This document shows positions 46,381-58,839 of a stretch of DNA of 64,000 nucleotides, in pieces. Below the pieces are notes generated by a model. It had not been told where the DNA came from and searched no databases. It saw nothing but the letters and a program-made list of their open reading frames with translations. Position 1 is the stretch's first letter. Each line of letters begins with the position of its first letter. A program made the position numbers and the translations under genes. Source of the DNA: Veleropilina oligotropha. Lineage: Eukaryota. The stretch covers positions 186,001 to 250,000 of the forward strand of contig JBEUKZ010000047.1 of assembly GCA_048128005.1 (NCBI GenBank), read 5' to 3'.

Positions 46381-47634
46381 ACGCTAGGCCAACGAAAACG
46401 TCACCCACGATAAGTGCAGTTTTCTCCTCATCATGTGTTCCAGCCCGGGGGGCCGCTGGAACAGCTGCCGGCTCAGTGTTTGCGTGCTTCGGAGCAGCTG
46501 CCCGTAAGACTGCGTCTTGGGGCATGACCAGTCCTGTTTCTCCAGTACCCCCAGTGGCGTCGGGTGGAACACTGGCCGCGTTGACGGTCGTATTAAGACC
46601 TAGTGTCTGGTCTTCCATAGCAACGACGATTTCGTTGTTATACCCAGCCACCCGCCCTATTCGCAGGAGCATGTCACTTGGCGCCATGTACAGGCCAACG
46701 CCGAATACGAAGTCTACCTTGGACCTGGCATACTGTAACACCTGGTACCGTTTGATTGCTGCTGGGAGGTCCACTGGCAATGCGATGGCATCTTCCACGT
46801 TCGCCAGGAACTGTTTCTGTGCGTCAAATGCCGTCCCACTGCCCAGAATGCTTGCACGTGTTTGAGCCTGCGCTCCAAGAATCGCCCAGACGTAGGTCCT
46901 GATGGAATCATTGAGCCTTTCCACGCCGGCCCTCGTAAATCCCGCCGAGGTGTCCAGAATAAACGAAGCCCATCCGTATGTAAGCGCAGGCGCTTGCGCG
47001 ATGTAGTCCACGTGCAGATTCGTGTTGGTCGTACCTTTGGTGAAGGACAACCGGCTGGGATCATACTCACATCCTATGGAGTGGTAGCCATTGTTCGTCC
47101 AGTAGCTGTATGCGGTGCCGAGCCCTTTATTGGGACCCTTGACTCCCCAGTCGGTGTGCGGAGACACTCCAAACTCGCTGCAGATCTTCTCATATGCCCT
47201 TCGGTCATACGGGGTGTCGAATGCATCCCGTCGTGTCTTGTGGCAGCGGCGCCTGAATTTCGGAGTGTATCCTTCTGACCTGATAGTAGACGTGGAAGGT
47301 GAATACGGCCCTGGAGAGGGGGGTCGGTCGCCTCCAAGTGGTCTTCTGCAGAGATCCCGGAACCTGTTGTAGCATACCAGACTGCGAAGTTGACCTTGTT
47401 CTGCCAAAACCGCATGGGCGTGCTGTCCCAATTCCGTAGTAGCTGGTCACTCGCGACATGTGGGAGGCGATACTTTTGGAAGATGTCTGGGTAGTTTGCC
47501 CCGAATGCCGGATGTTCAGACGCTGATACAACGACGCTTGGTCTTGTAAGCTGCTCATCTTTGATCTTTGCCGGGTACACCACACCGGTCGGATAGGCCG
47601 CACTCCCATTAAACGCAAAGGGGCTCTTAGCCAT
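46349..47634 (-). pseudogene. Homolog of 12389-13665, frameshifted
   Basis: Shares GVERLNDSIRTYVWAILGAQAQTRASILG and RFWQNKVNFAVW. Confidence 0.8.
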
Positions 47635-47638
47635 AGCT

Positions 47639-48340
47639 ATGTTCCACACGGTAACGAGTGTTCAAGAGGGGACAGCGGTTTCCCTCCTGCGGCCGATTGA
47701 TAACCGGGAAGGCAAGCTATGCGTCGGCCTGCGCTCGCTCGACTACTGGGTCGGCTGGCATAACGTGCACACTGGAGCCTTCTTTAAGACCCCCGATACC
47801 ACGGTAGAGGTGGCACCAGGGTTCTACAGCTTCGATTCCCTCGCCAAGACGATGAAGAGGTCCCTAGCTAACATGCGGCTCGAGGTAAGCCGTGCTACCG
47901 GACTCGCGCAACTCGTCCCAGAGGGGACTCGACTGGCGATAAGCGACGATATACGGAAGCTCCTCGGCTTCACCCTTTCAGGGTGGCTACTTATGACTTA
48001 TGACAAGAACAAGCCTGTCGGGTCGCTGCAATGGCTACGCCCAGGGACTTATGACGGGAACAAGCCCGTCGGGTTTGCCATAGCAGCGACCCTACACGTT
48101 CATCTGGAGCAGCTCGGAACAACACACAATATGAAGGACGGTGCCCCGAGCAATATTCTCGCGGTGGTCCCTATAACGTCGCAGATGTTCGGTGAGGCTG
48201 CCCACTATCATAGCTATCCAGCCTTCCGGCGACTACAGGCGGGGCTACTCACAGAATTGAAGGCGTATGTCACCGACTCAGATGGTAACCCGCTCGACAA
48301 TCACGGTATGCCTATTTCCGCCGTCCTTGAGATACAATGA
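47639..48340 (+). CDS. Putative minor capsid (penton-like) protein, copy 2
   Basis: 233-aa intact ORF, homolog of 13666-14313. Confidence 0.72.
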   Translation: MFHTVTSVQEGTAVSLLRPIDNREGKLCVGLRSLDYWVGWHNVHTGAFFKTPDTTVEVAPGFYSFDSLAKTMKRSLANMRLEVSRATGLAQLVPEGTRLAISDDIRKLLGFTLSGWLLMTYDKNKPVGSLQWLRPGTYDGNKPVGFAIAATLHVHLEQLGTTHNMKDGAPSNILAVVPITSQMFGEAAHYHSYPAFRRLQAGLLTELKAYVTDSDGNPLDNHGMPISAVLEIQ

Positions 48341-51300
48341 GCAGCATCTACGGGACCCCACTCCTGCTTGCAGATGAGCCTTCAGCGACCCAGTGGCACT
48401 TTGTTCTTAGTTGTGGGGAAGCGCCCAAGAAGGGGCTGGCGAGGAGGGAGTTTATGATCCCAAACGCTGGAGGTCGGTTTGGGTTGAACCCAGCCCTTCT
48501 AATGATCCACATGACGCCGGTCCAGCCGGCCGGGGGCGCCCCCAAAGCGTGTTCCATAAATAGACTTGGCCTGGATTCGGACAAGTTGACCCTCGCCTTT
48601 GCCATCAAGGCCCCCTGGGTGAACACCCTTTATTTGAACGTTACGGTAGACATTCGGAATCAACAGGCTGAACAATACAGCCACGGGGGGGGGGGGACTA
48701 GGGGGTTTTGAAATAATCTAGGGGGGCCCGGGGCGACCGGGGAGGCTCCCAGCCCTATTTCCGAACTGAGGGGCTCGTAATATATACCCGCAGGGCATTT
48801 TAGTAGAATTCGGGGAGGGGGGGGGCCCGGGGGGTCGCCGGGGAGGCTCCCAGCGCCATCCGAAACTAGGGTAGCTTAGAATAGTCTATTTGGGGGCATT
48901 TTATAAGAATGGGCCAGGGCCGCATCTATCAATTGTATTGTTTAATTTTGCTTCCTGGTCTCGAAAGAAGGCGGCGCAAAGGCGGTGCGGTAAACGCAAG
49001 GTGGACAGTAAGTACAGCATGCGCAAGGTGGATAGTAAGTGGTCGGGGGGGTACGGCATGTTCAAGTTGGATAGTAAGTGGTCGAATAGATACGGCAAGG
49101 TTCACAGGGTGGCCATAGCTTTTAACATGGTCAACAGGGTAGCCATAGCTGTGTGATCGACAAGGTGACCATAGGTGTTTAAAAATAACCTCTTAAAAAA
49201 AGTTGCTGCAGTTTCGAGAGAAACAGCCATATATATATATATTTGGAAAAGACAAACGGAACAGGCCCAATGCCAAATTTTATTTTGTTGAGAATTCCAA
49301 GTATTGCACCATAGTATTAATAAACTCAGTGTCACTCTTAACCTGTCCATTGCAGAGTAGGCATCGAGTTCAGTCTGACCCCAAACGACGTACACGGCCT
49401 CCCACTGAACCTGGCGTTCCTGTATGAGTTCACCAACAAAATGATGAAGAAGGATAATAACACAGTGTGAGTTCTCTGATGTTTATGGCTACACAGTGTG
49501 AATTCTTGGATGTTATGTTTACAAATATATAATTATTTGGGTATTGATTGCATTGAACTTGTGATTGTATTCATTCAGGATCTTCCATTTTTTTCTCCAT
49601 TTTGTTTGATTGGCGTCATCGACTGAGCAGTTACCACTCCAGGCATCCTACTTGTGCAAAAGAAAATCAAAATCAATTTAGCATAAACCACAATTACAGT
49701 AAAATGTCAGACTACATATTCACATTCTAATGATCTGACTAATCATATCTCATCCATTTTTTATAAGTTGAATATTTTATAGGATGAATTACTATGCTAC
49801 TTAGGATTTGTCTTTGATAAGACCCCCGATACCACGGTAGAGGTGGCACCAGGGTTCTACAGCTTCGATTCCCTCGCCAAGATGATGAAGAGGTCCCTAG
49901 CTAACATGCGGCTCGAGGTAAGCCGTGCTACCGAACTCGCGCAACTCGTTGTCCCAGAGGGGACTCGACTGGCGATAAGCGACGATATACGGAAGCTCCT
50001 CGGCTTCACCCTTTCAGGGTGGCTACTTATGACTTATGACAAGAACAAGCCTGTCGGGTCGCTGCAATGGCTACGCCCCGGGACTTATGACGGGAACAAG
50101 CCCGTCGGGTTTGCCATAGCAGCGACCCTACACGTTCATCTGGAGCAGCTCGGAACAACACACAATATGAAGGACGGCGCCCCGAGCAATATTCTCGCGG
50201 TGGTCCCTATAACGTCGCAGATGTTCGGTGAGGCTGCCCACTATCATAGCTATCCAGCCTTCCGGCGACTACAGGCGGGGCTACTCACAGAATTGAAGGT
50301 GTATGTCACCGACTCAGATGGTAACCCGCTCGACAATCACGGTATGCCTATTTCCGCCATCCTTGAGATACAATGAGCAGCATCTACGGGACCCCACTCC
50401 TGCTTGCAGATGAGCCTTCAGCGACCCAGTGGCACTTTGTTCTTAGTTGTGGGGAAGCGCCCAAGAAGGGGCTGGCGAGGAGGGAGTTTATGATCCCAAA
50501 TGCTGGAGGTCGGTTTGGGTTGAACCCAGCCCTTCTAATGATCCACATGACGCCGGTCCAGCCGGCCGGGGGCGCCCCCAAAGCGTGTTCCATAAATAGA
50601 CTTGGCCTGGATTCGGACAAGTTGACCCTCGCCTTTGCCATCAAGGCCCCCTGGGTGAACACCCTTTATTTGAACGTTACGGTAGACATTCGGAATCAAC
50701 AGGCTGAACAATACAGCCACTGGGGGGGACTAGGGGGTTTTGAAATAATCTAGGGCGGCCCGGGGCGACCGGGGAGGCTCCCAGCCCTATTTCCGAACTG
50801 AGGGGCTCGTAATATATACCCGCAGGGCATTTTAGTAGAATTCGGGGAGGGGGGTCGCCTGGGAGGCTCCCAGCGCCATCCGAAACTAGGGTAGCTTAGA
50901 ATAGTCTATTTGGGGGCATTTTATAAGAATGGGCCAGGGCCGCGTCTATCAATTGTATTGTTTAATTTTGCTTCCTGGTCTCGAAAGATGGCGGCGCAAA
51001 GGCGGTGCGGTAAACGCAAGGTGGACAGTAAGTACAGCATGCGCAAGGTGGATAGTAAGTGGTCGGGGGGGGGGGGGGTACGGCATGTTCAAGTTGGATA
51101 GTAAGTGGTCGAATAGATACGGCAAGGTTCACAGGGTGGCCATAGCTTTTAACATGGTCAACAGGGTAGCCATAGCTGTGTGATCGACAAGGTGACCATA
51201 GGTGTTTAAAAATAGCCTCTTAAAAAAAGTTTCTGCAGTTTCGAGAGAAACAGCCATATATATATATATTTGGAAAAGACAAACGGAACAGGCCCAATGC

Positions 51301-54300
51301 CAAATTTTATTTTGTTGAGAATTCCAAGTATTGCACCCTAGTATTAATAAACTCAGTGTCACTCTTAACCTGTCCATTGCAGAGTAGGCATCGAGTTCAG
51401 TCTGACCCCAAACGACGTACACGGCCTCCCACCGAACCTGGCGTTCCTGTATGAGTTCACCAACAAAATGATGAAGAAGGATAAGAACACAGTGTGAGTT
51501 CTCTGATGTTTATGGCTACACAGTGTGAATTCTTGGATGTTATGTTTATAAATATATAATTATTTGGGTATTGATTGCATTGAATTTGTGATTGTATTCA
51601 TTCAGGATCTTCCATTTGTTTCTCCATTTTGTTTGATTGGCGTCATCGACTGAGCAGTTACCACTCCAGGCATCCTACTTGTGCAAAATAAAATCAAAAT
51701 CAATTTAGCATAAACCACAATTACAGTAAAATGTCAGACTACATATTCACATTCTAATGATCTGACTAATCATATCTCATCCATTTTTTATAAGTTTAAT
51801 ATTTTATAGGATGAATTACTATGCTACTTAGGATTTGTCTTTGATAAGACCCCCGATACCACGGTAGAGGTGGCACCAGGGTTCTACAGCTTCGATTCCC
51901 TCGCCAAGACGATGAAGAGGTCCCTAGCTAACATGCGGCTCGAGGTAAGCTGTGCTACCGGATTCGCGCAACTCGTTGTCCCAGAGGGGACTCGACTGGC
52001 GATAAGCGACGATATACGGAAGCTCCTCGGCTTCACCCTTTCAGGGTGGCTACTTATGACTTATGACAAGAACAAGCCTGTCGGGTCGCTGCAATGGCTA
52101 CGCCCCGGGACTTATGACGGGAACAAGCCCGTCGGGTTTGCCATAGCAGCGACCCTACACGTTCATCTGGAGCAGCTCGGAACAACACACAATATGAAGG
52201 ACGGCGCCCCGAGCAATATTCTCGCGGTGGTCCCTATAACGTCGCAGATGTTCGGTGAGGCTGCCCACTATCATAGCTATCCAGCCTTCCGGCGACTACA
52301 GGCGGGGCTACTCACAGAATTGAAGGTGTATGTCACCGACTCAGATGGTAACCCGCTCGACAATCACGGTATGCCTATTTCCGCCGTCCTTGAGATACAA
52401 TGAGCAGCATCTACGGGACCCCACTCCTGCTTGCAGATGAGCCTTCAGCGACCCAGTGGCACTTTGTTCTTAGTTGTGGGGAAGCGCCCAAGAAGGGGCT
52501 GGCGAGGAGGGAGTTTATGATCCCAAACGCTGGAGGTCGGTTTGGGTTGAACCCAGCCCTTCTAATGATCCACATGACGCCGGTCCAGCCGGCCGGGGGC
52601 GCCCCCAAAGCGTGTTCCATAAATAGACTTGGCCTGGATTCGGACAAGTTGACCCTCGCCTTTGCCATCAAGGCCCCCTGGGTGAACACCCTTTATTTGA
52701 ATGTTACGGTAGACATTCGGAATCAACAGGCTGAACAATACAGCCACTGGGGGGGGACTAGGGGGTTTTGAAATAATCTAGGGGGGCCCGGGGCGACCGG
52801 GGAGGCTCCCAGCCCTATTTCCGAACTGAGGGGCTCGTAATATATACCCGCAGGGCATTTTAGTAGAATTCGGGGAGGGGGGTCGCCGGGGAGGCTCCCA
52901 GCGCCATCCGAAACTAGGGTAGCTTAGAATAGTCTATTTGGGGGCATTTTATAAGAATGGGCCAGGGCCGCGTCTATCAATTGTATTGTTTAATTTTGCT
53001 TCCTGGTCTCGAAAGAAGGCGGCGCAAAGGCGGTGCGGTAAACGCAAGGTGGACAGTAAGTACAGCATGCGCAAGGTGGATAGTAAGTGGTCGGGGGGGT
53101 ACGGCATGTTCAAGTTGGATAGTAAGTGGTCGAATAGATACGGCAAGGTTCACAGGGTGGCCATAGCTTTTAACATGGTCAACAGGGTAGCCATAGCTGT
53201 GTGATCGACAAGGTGACCATAGGTGTTTAAAAATAGCCTCTTAAAAAAAGTTTCTGCAGTTTCGAGAGAAACAGCCATATATATATATATTTGGAAAAGA
53301 CAAACGGAACAGGCCCAATGCCAAATTTTATTTTGTTGAGAATTCCAAGTATTGCACCATAGTATTAATAAACTCAGTGTCACTCTTAACCTGTCCATTG
53401 CAGAGTAGGCATCGAGTTCAGTCTGACCCCAAACGACGTACACGGCCTCCCACCGAACCTGGCGTTCCTGTATGAGTTCACCAACAAAATGATGAAGAAG
53501 GATAAGAACACAGTGTGAGTTCTCTGATGTTTATGGCTACACAGTGTGAATTCTTGGATGTTATGTTTACAAATATATAATTATTTGGGTATTGATTGCA
53601 TTGAATTTGTGATTGTATTCATTCAGGATCTTCCATTTGTTTGATTGGCGTCATCGACTGAGCAGTTACCACTCCAGGCATCCTACTTGTGCAAAATAAA
53701 ATCAAAATCAATTTAGCATAAACCACAATTACAGTAAAATGTCAGACTACATATTCACATTCTAATGATCTGACTAATCATATCTCATCCATTTTTTATA
53801 AGTTGAATATTTTATAGGATGAATTACTATGCTACTTAGGATTTGTCTTTGATAAGACCCCCGATACCACGGTAGAGGTGGCACCAGGGTTCTACAGCTT
53901 CGATTCCCTCGCCAAGACGATGAAGAGGTCCCTAGCTAACATGCGGCTCGAGGTAAGCCGTGCTACCGGATTCGCGCAACTCGTTGTCCCAGAGGGGACT
54001 CGACTGGCGATAAGCGACGATATACGGAAGCTCCTCGGCTTCACCCTTTCAGGGTGGCTACTTATGACTTATGACAAGAACAAGCCTGTCGGGTCGCTGC
54101 AATGGCTACGCCCCGGGACTTATGACGGGAACAAGCCCGTCGGGTTTGCCATAGCAGCGACCCTACACGTTCATCTGGAGCAGGTCGGAACAACACACAA
54201 TATGAAGGACGGCGCCCCGAGCAATATTCTCGCGGTGGTCCCTATAACGTCGCAGATGTTCGGTGAGGCTGCCCACTATCATAGCTATCCAGCCTTCCGG

Positions 54301-57300
54301 CGACTACAGGCAGGGCTACTCACAGAATTGAAGGTGTATGTCACCGACTCAGATGGTAACCCGCTCGACAATCACGGTATGCCTATTTCCGCCGTCCTTG
54401 AGATACAATGAGCAGCATCTACGGGACCCCACTCCTGCTTGCAGATGAGCCTTCAGCGACCCAGTGGCACTTTGTTCTTAGTTGTGGGGAAGCGCCCAAG
54501 AAGGGGCTGGCGAGGAGGGAGTTTATGATCCCAAACGCTGGAGGTCGGTTTGGGTTGAACCCAGCCCTTCTAATGATCCACATGACGCCGGTCCAGCCGG
54601 CCGGGGGCGCCCCAAAGCGTGTTCCATAAATAGACTTGGCCTGGATTCGGACAAGTTGACCCTCGCCTTTGCCATCAAGGCCCCCTGGGTGAACACCCTT
54701 TATTTGAACGTTACGGTAGACATTCGGAATCAACAGGCTGAACAATACAGCCACGGGGGGGGGGGGGACTAGGGGGTTTTGAAATAATCTAGGGGGGGCC
54801 CGGGGCGACCGGGGAGGCTCCCAGCCCTATTTCCGAACTGAGGGGCTCGTAATATATACCCGCAGGGCATTTTAGTAGAATTCGGGGAGGGGGGGGTCGC
54901 CGGGGAGGCTCCCAGCGCCATCCAAAACTAGGGTAGCTTAGAATAGCCTATTTGGGGGCATTTTATAAGAATGGGCCAGGGCCGCGTCTATCAATTGTAT
55001 TGTTTAATTTTGCTTCCTGGTCTCGAAAGAAGGCGGCGCAAAGGCGGTGCGGTAAACGCAAGGTGGACAGTAAGTACAGCATGCGCAAGGTGGATAGTAA
55101 GTGGTCGGGGGGGTACGGCATGTTCAAGTTCCATAGTAAGTGGTCGAATAGATACGGCAAGGTTCACAGGGTGGCCATAGCTTTTAACATGGTCAACAGG
55201 GTAGCCATAGCTGTGTGATCGACAAGGTGACCATAGGTGTTTAAAAATAACCTCTTAAAAAAAGTTGCTGCAGTTTCGAGAGAAACAGCCATATATATAT
55301 ATATTTGGAAAAGACAAACGGAACAGGCCCAATGCCAAATTTTATTTTGTTGAGAATTCCAAGTATTGCACCATAGTATTAATAAACTCAGTGTCACTCT
55401 TAACCTGTCCATTGCAGAGTAGGCATCGAGTTCAGTCTGACCCCAAACGACGTACACGGCCTCCCACTGAACCTGGCGTTCCTGTATGAGTTCACCAACA
55501 AAATGATGAAGAAGGATAATAACACAGTGTGAGTTCTCTGATGTTTATGGCTACACAGTGTGAATTCTTGGATGTTATGTTTACAAATATATAATTATTT
55601 GGGTATTGATTGCATTGAACTTGTGATTGTATTCATTCAGGATCTTCCATTTTTTTCTCCATTTTGTTTGATTGGCGTCATCGACTGAGCAGTTACCATT
55701 CCAGGCATCCTACTTGTGCAAAAGAAAATCAAAATCAATTTAGCATAAACCACAATTACAGTAAAATGTCAGACTACATATTCACATTCTAATGATCTGA
55801 CTAATCATATCTCATCCATTTTTTATAAGTTGAATATTTTATAGGATGAATTACTATGCTACTTAGGATTTGTCTTTGATAAGACCCCCGATACCACGGT
55901 AGAGGTGGCACCAGGGTTCTACAGCTTCGATTCCCTCGCCAAGACGATGAAGAGGTCCCTAGCTAACATGCGGCTCGAGGTAAGCCGTGCTACCGGACTC
56001 GCGCAACTCGTTGTCCCAGAGGGGACTCGACTGGCGATAAGCGACGATATACGGAAGCTCCTCGGCTTCACCCTTTCAGGGTGGCTACTTATGACTTATG
56101 ACAAGAACAAGCCTGTCGGGTCGCTGCAATGGCTACGCCCCGGGACTTATGACGGGAACAAGCCCGTCGGGTTTGCCATAGCAGCGACCCTACACGTTCA
56201 TCTGGAGCAGGTCGGAACAACACACAATATGAAGGACGGCGCCCCGAGCAATATTCTCGCGGTGCTCCCTATAACGTCGCAGATGTTCGGTGAGGCTGCC
56301 CACTATCATAGCTATCCAGCCTTCCGGCGACTACAGGCGGGGCTACTCACAGAATTGAAGGTGTATGTCACCGACACAGATGGTAACCCGCTCGACAATC
56401 ACGGTATGCCTATTTCCGCCGTCCTTGAGATACAATGAGCAGCATCTACGGGACCCCACTCCTGCTTGCAGATGAGCCTTCAGCGACCCAGTGGCACTTT
56501 GTTCTTAGTTGTGGGGAAGCGCCCAAGAAGGGGCTGGCGAGGAGGGAGTTATGATCCCAAATGCTGGAGGTCGGTTTGGGTTGAACCCAGCCCTTCTAAT
56601 GATCCACATGACGCCGGTCCAGCCGGCCGGGGGCGCCCCCAAAGCGTGTTCCATAAATAGACTTGGCCTGGATTCGGACAAGTTGACCCTCGCCTTTGCC
56701 ATCAAGGCCCCCTGGGTGAACACCCTTTATTTGAACGTTACGGTAGACATTCGGAATCAACAGGCTGAACAATACAGCCACGGGGGGGACTAGGGGGTTT
56801 TGAAATAATCTAGGGGGGGCCCGGGGCGACCGGGGAGGCTCCCAGCCCTATTTCCGAACTGAGGGGCTCGTAATATATACCCGCAGGGCATTTTAGTAGA
56901 ATTCGGGGAGGGGGGCCCGGGGGGTCGCCGGGGAGGCTCCCAGCGCCATCCGAAACTAGGGTAGCTTAGAATAGTCTATTTGGGGGCATTTTATAAGAAT
57001 GGGCCAGGGGCGCGTCTATCAATTGTATTGTTTAATGTTGCTTCCTGGTCTCGAAAGAAGGCGGCGCAAAGGCGGTGGGTGCGGTAAACGCAAGGTGGAC
57101 AGTAAGTACAGCATGCGCAAGGTGGATAGTAAGTGGTCGGGGGGGGTACGGCATGTTCAAGTTGGATAGTAAGTGGTCGAATAGATACGGCAAGGTTCAC
57201 AGGGTGGCCATAGCTTTTAACATGGTCAACAGGGTAGCCATAGCTGTGTGATCGACAAGGTGACCATAGGTGTTTAAAAATAACCTCTTAAAAAAATTTG

Positions 57301-57916
57301 CTGCAGTTTCGAGAGAAACAGCCATATATATCTATATTTGGAAAAGACAAACGGAACAGGCCCAATGCCAAATTTTATTTTGTTGAGAATTCCAAGTATT
57401 GCACCATAGTATTAATAAACTCAGCGTCACTCTTAACCTGTCCATTGCAGAGTAGGCATCGAGTTCAGTCTGACCCCAAACGACGTACACGGCCTCCCAC
57501 CGAACCTGGCGTTCCTGTATGAGTTCACCAACAAAATGATGAAGAAGGATAAGAACACAGTGTGAGTTCTCTGATGTTTATGGCTACACAGTGTGAATTC
57601 TTGGATGTTATGTTTACAAATATATAATTATTTGGGTATTGATTGCATTGAACTTGTGATTGTATTCATTCAGGATCTTCCATTTTTTTCTCCATTTTGT
57701 TTGATTGGCGTCATCGACTGAGCAGTTACCACTCCAGGCATCCTACTTGTGCAAAAGAAAATCAAAATCAATTTAGCATAAACCACAATTACAGTAAAAT
57801 GTCAGACTACATATTCACATTCTAATGATCTGACTAATCATATCTCATCCATTTTTTATAAGTTGAATATTTTATAGGATGAATTACTATGCTACTTAGG
57901 ATTTGTCTTTGATAAG
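47785..57916 (+). repeat. Tandem array, 5 x ~2.03 kb (units start 47785, 49818, 51845, 53853, 55880)
   Basis: Each unit is 5'-truncated minor capsid + small ORF + G-rich TIR-like sequence + ~900 bp non-coding DNA; junction microhomology TAAG. Confidence 0.97.
48337..48711 (+). CDS. Viral hypothetical protein, homolog of 14310-14657; last codons replaced by G-rich terminus
   Basis: Matches through QQAEQYSH, then poly-G. Confidence 0.7.
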   Translation: MSSIYGTPLLLADEPSATQWHFVLSCGEAPKKGLARREFMIPNAGGRFGLNPALLMIHMTPVQPAGGAPKACSINRLGLDSDKLTLAFAIKAPWVNTLYLNVTVDIRNQQAEQYSHGGGGTRGF

Positions 57917-57982
57917 TATGGATTTGTCTTTGATAAGTATGGATTTGTCTTTGATAAGTATGGATTTGTCTTTGATAAGTAT
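57899..57982 (+). repeat. 21-bp minisatellite x4 (GGATTTGTCTTTGATAAGTAT)
   Basis: Direct inspection; overlaps the array breakpoint. Confidence 0.95.
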
Positions 57983-58839
57983 GCAAAGAGCGATGGCAGT
58001 CCTTAGCAGTGATCCATGTGTACGAGAATAGTATTGGTGAATCTAGTACATTAATTGTATATGTGTGGCGAAGTCTGCCTATATGTTTTCGCACAACTCA
58101 AAAAGTCTTATCTTGTGTACAGATGTGCCATGGGACGAAGGAGAAGCCTATTTATTTTAACTTCAGGCACTTTGGTTGAATAGGTAAAGAATTTAACCAT
58201 TGTATAATGCTTCATTATGTTACTCATGTTAGTTATGTGCTTACCGTGTTTTCTCTGGCAGCGTGAACTACCTGGACAAGCACCAGTCGGCCCTCGGTGA
58301 GCCATGGCAGCTGCTGCAGGGGTATAGGAACCGCCTGGTGCAGGTGGAGCACAAGACCCGCCGGATCACACAAAAGAAGGCGGCGCAAAGGCGGTGCGGT
58401 AAACGCAAGGTGGACAGTAAGTACAGCATGCGCAAGGTGGATAGTAAGTGGTCGGGGGGGGGGGGGGGTACGGCATGTTCAAGTTGGATAGTAAGTGGTC
58501 GAATAGATACGGCAAGGTTCACAGGGTGGCCATAGCTTTTAACATGATCAACAGGGTAGCCATAGCTGTGTGATCGACAAGGTGACCATAGGTGTTTACA
58601 CGGTCTATAAATCCAAATGCATTCCATTCCTCTAGTTCTTGGGTTTTGGACCGCATATATAATGTGTGATCGACAAGGTGACCATAGGTGTTTAAAAATA
58701 ACCTCTTAAAAAAAGTTGCTGCAGTTTCGAGAGAAACAGCCATATATATATATATTTGGAAAAGACAAACGGAACAGGCCCAATGCCAAATTTTATTTTG
58801 TTGAGAATTCCAAGTATTGCACCATAGTATTAACTAGAT

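Larger units (their letters stand above)
45463..48684. mobile_element. Endogenous Polinton-like virus, copy 2, right portion
   Basis: Collinear and similar to 11472-14650. Confidence 0.8.

Noticed and set aside
48890..49427. Small ORFs (MGAFYKNG..., MYVVWGQT...) repeated in each array unit
   Set aside because: They recur only because of tandem duplication, derive from short AAGGTGGATAGTAAGT repeats, have non-ATG starts and are frameshifted in some units.
57899..57982. CRISPR-like array
   Set aside because: Head-to-tail 21-mers with no spacers; eukaryotic context and no cas genes.
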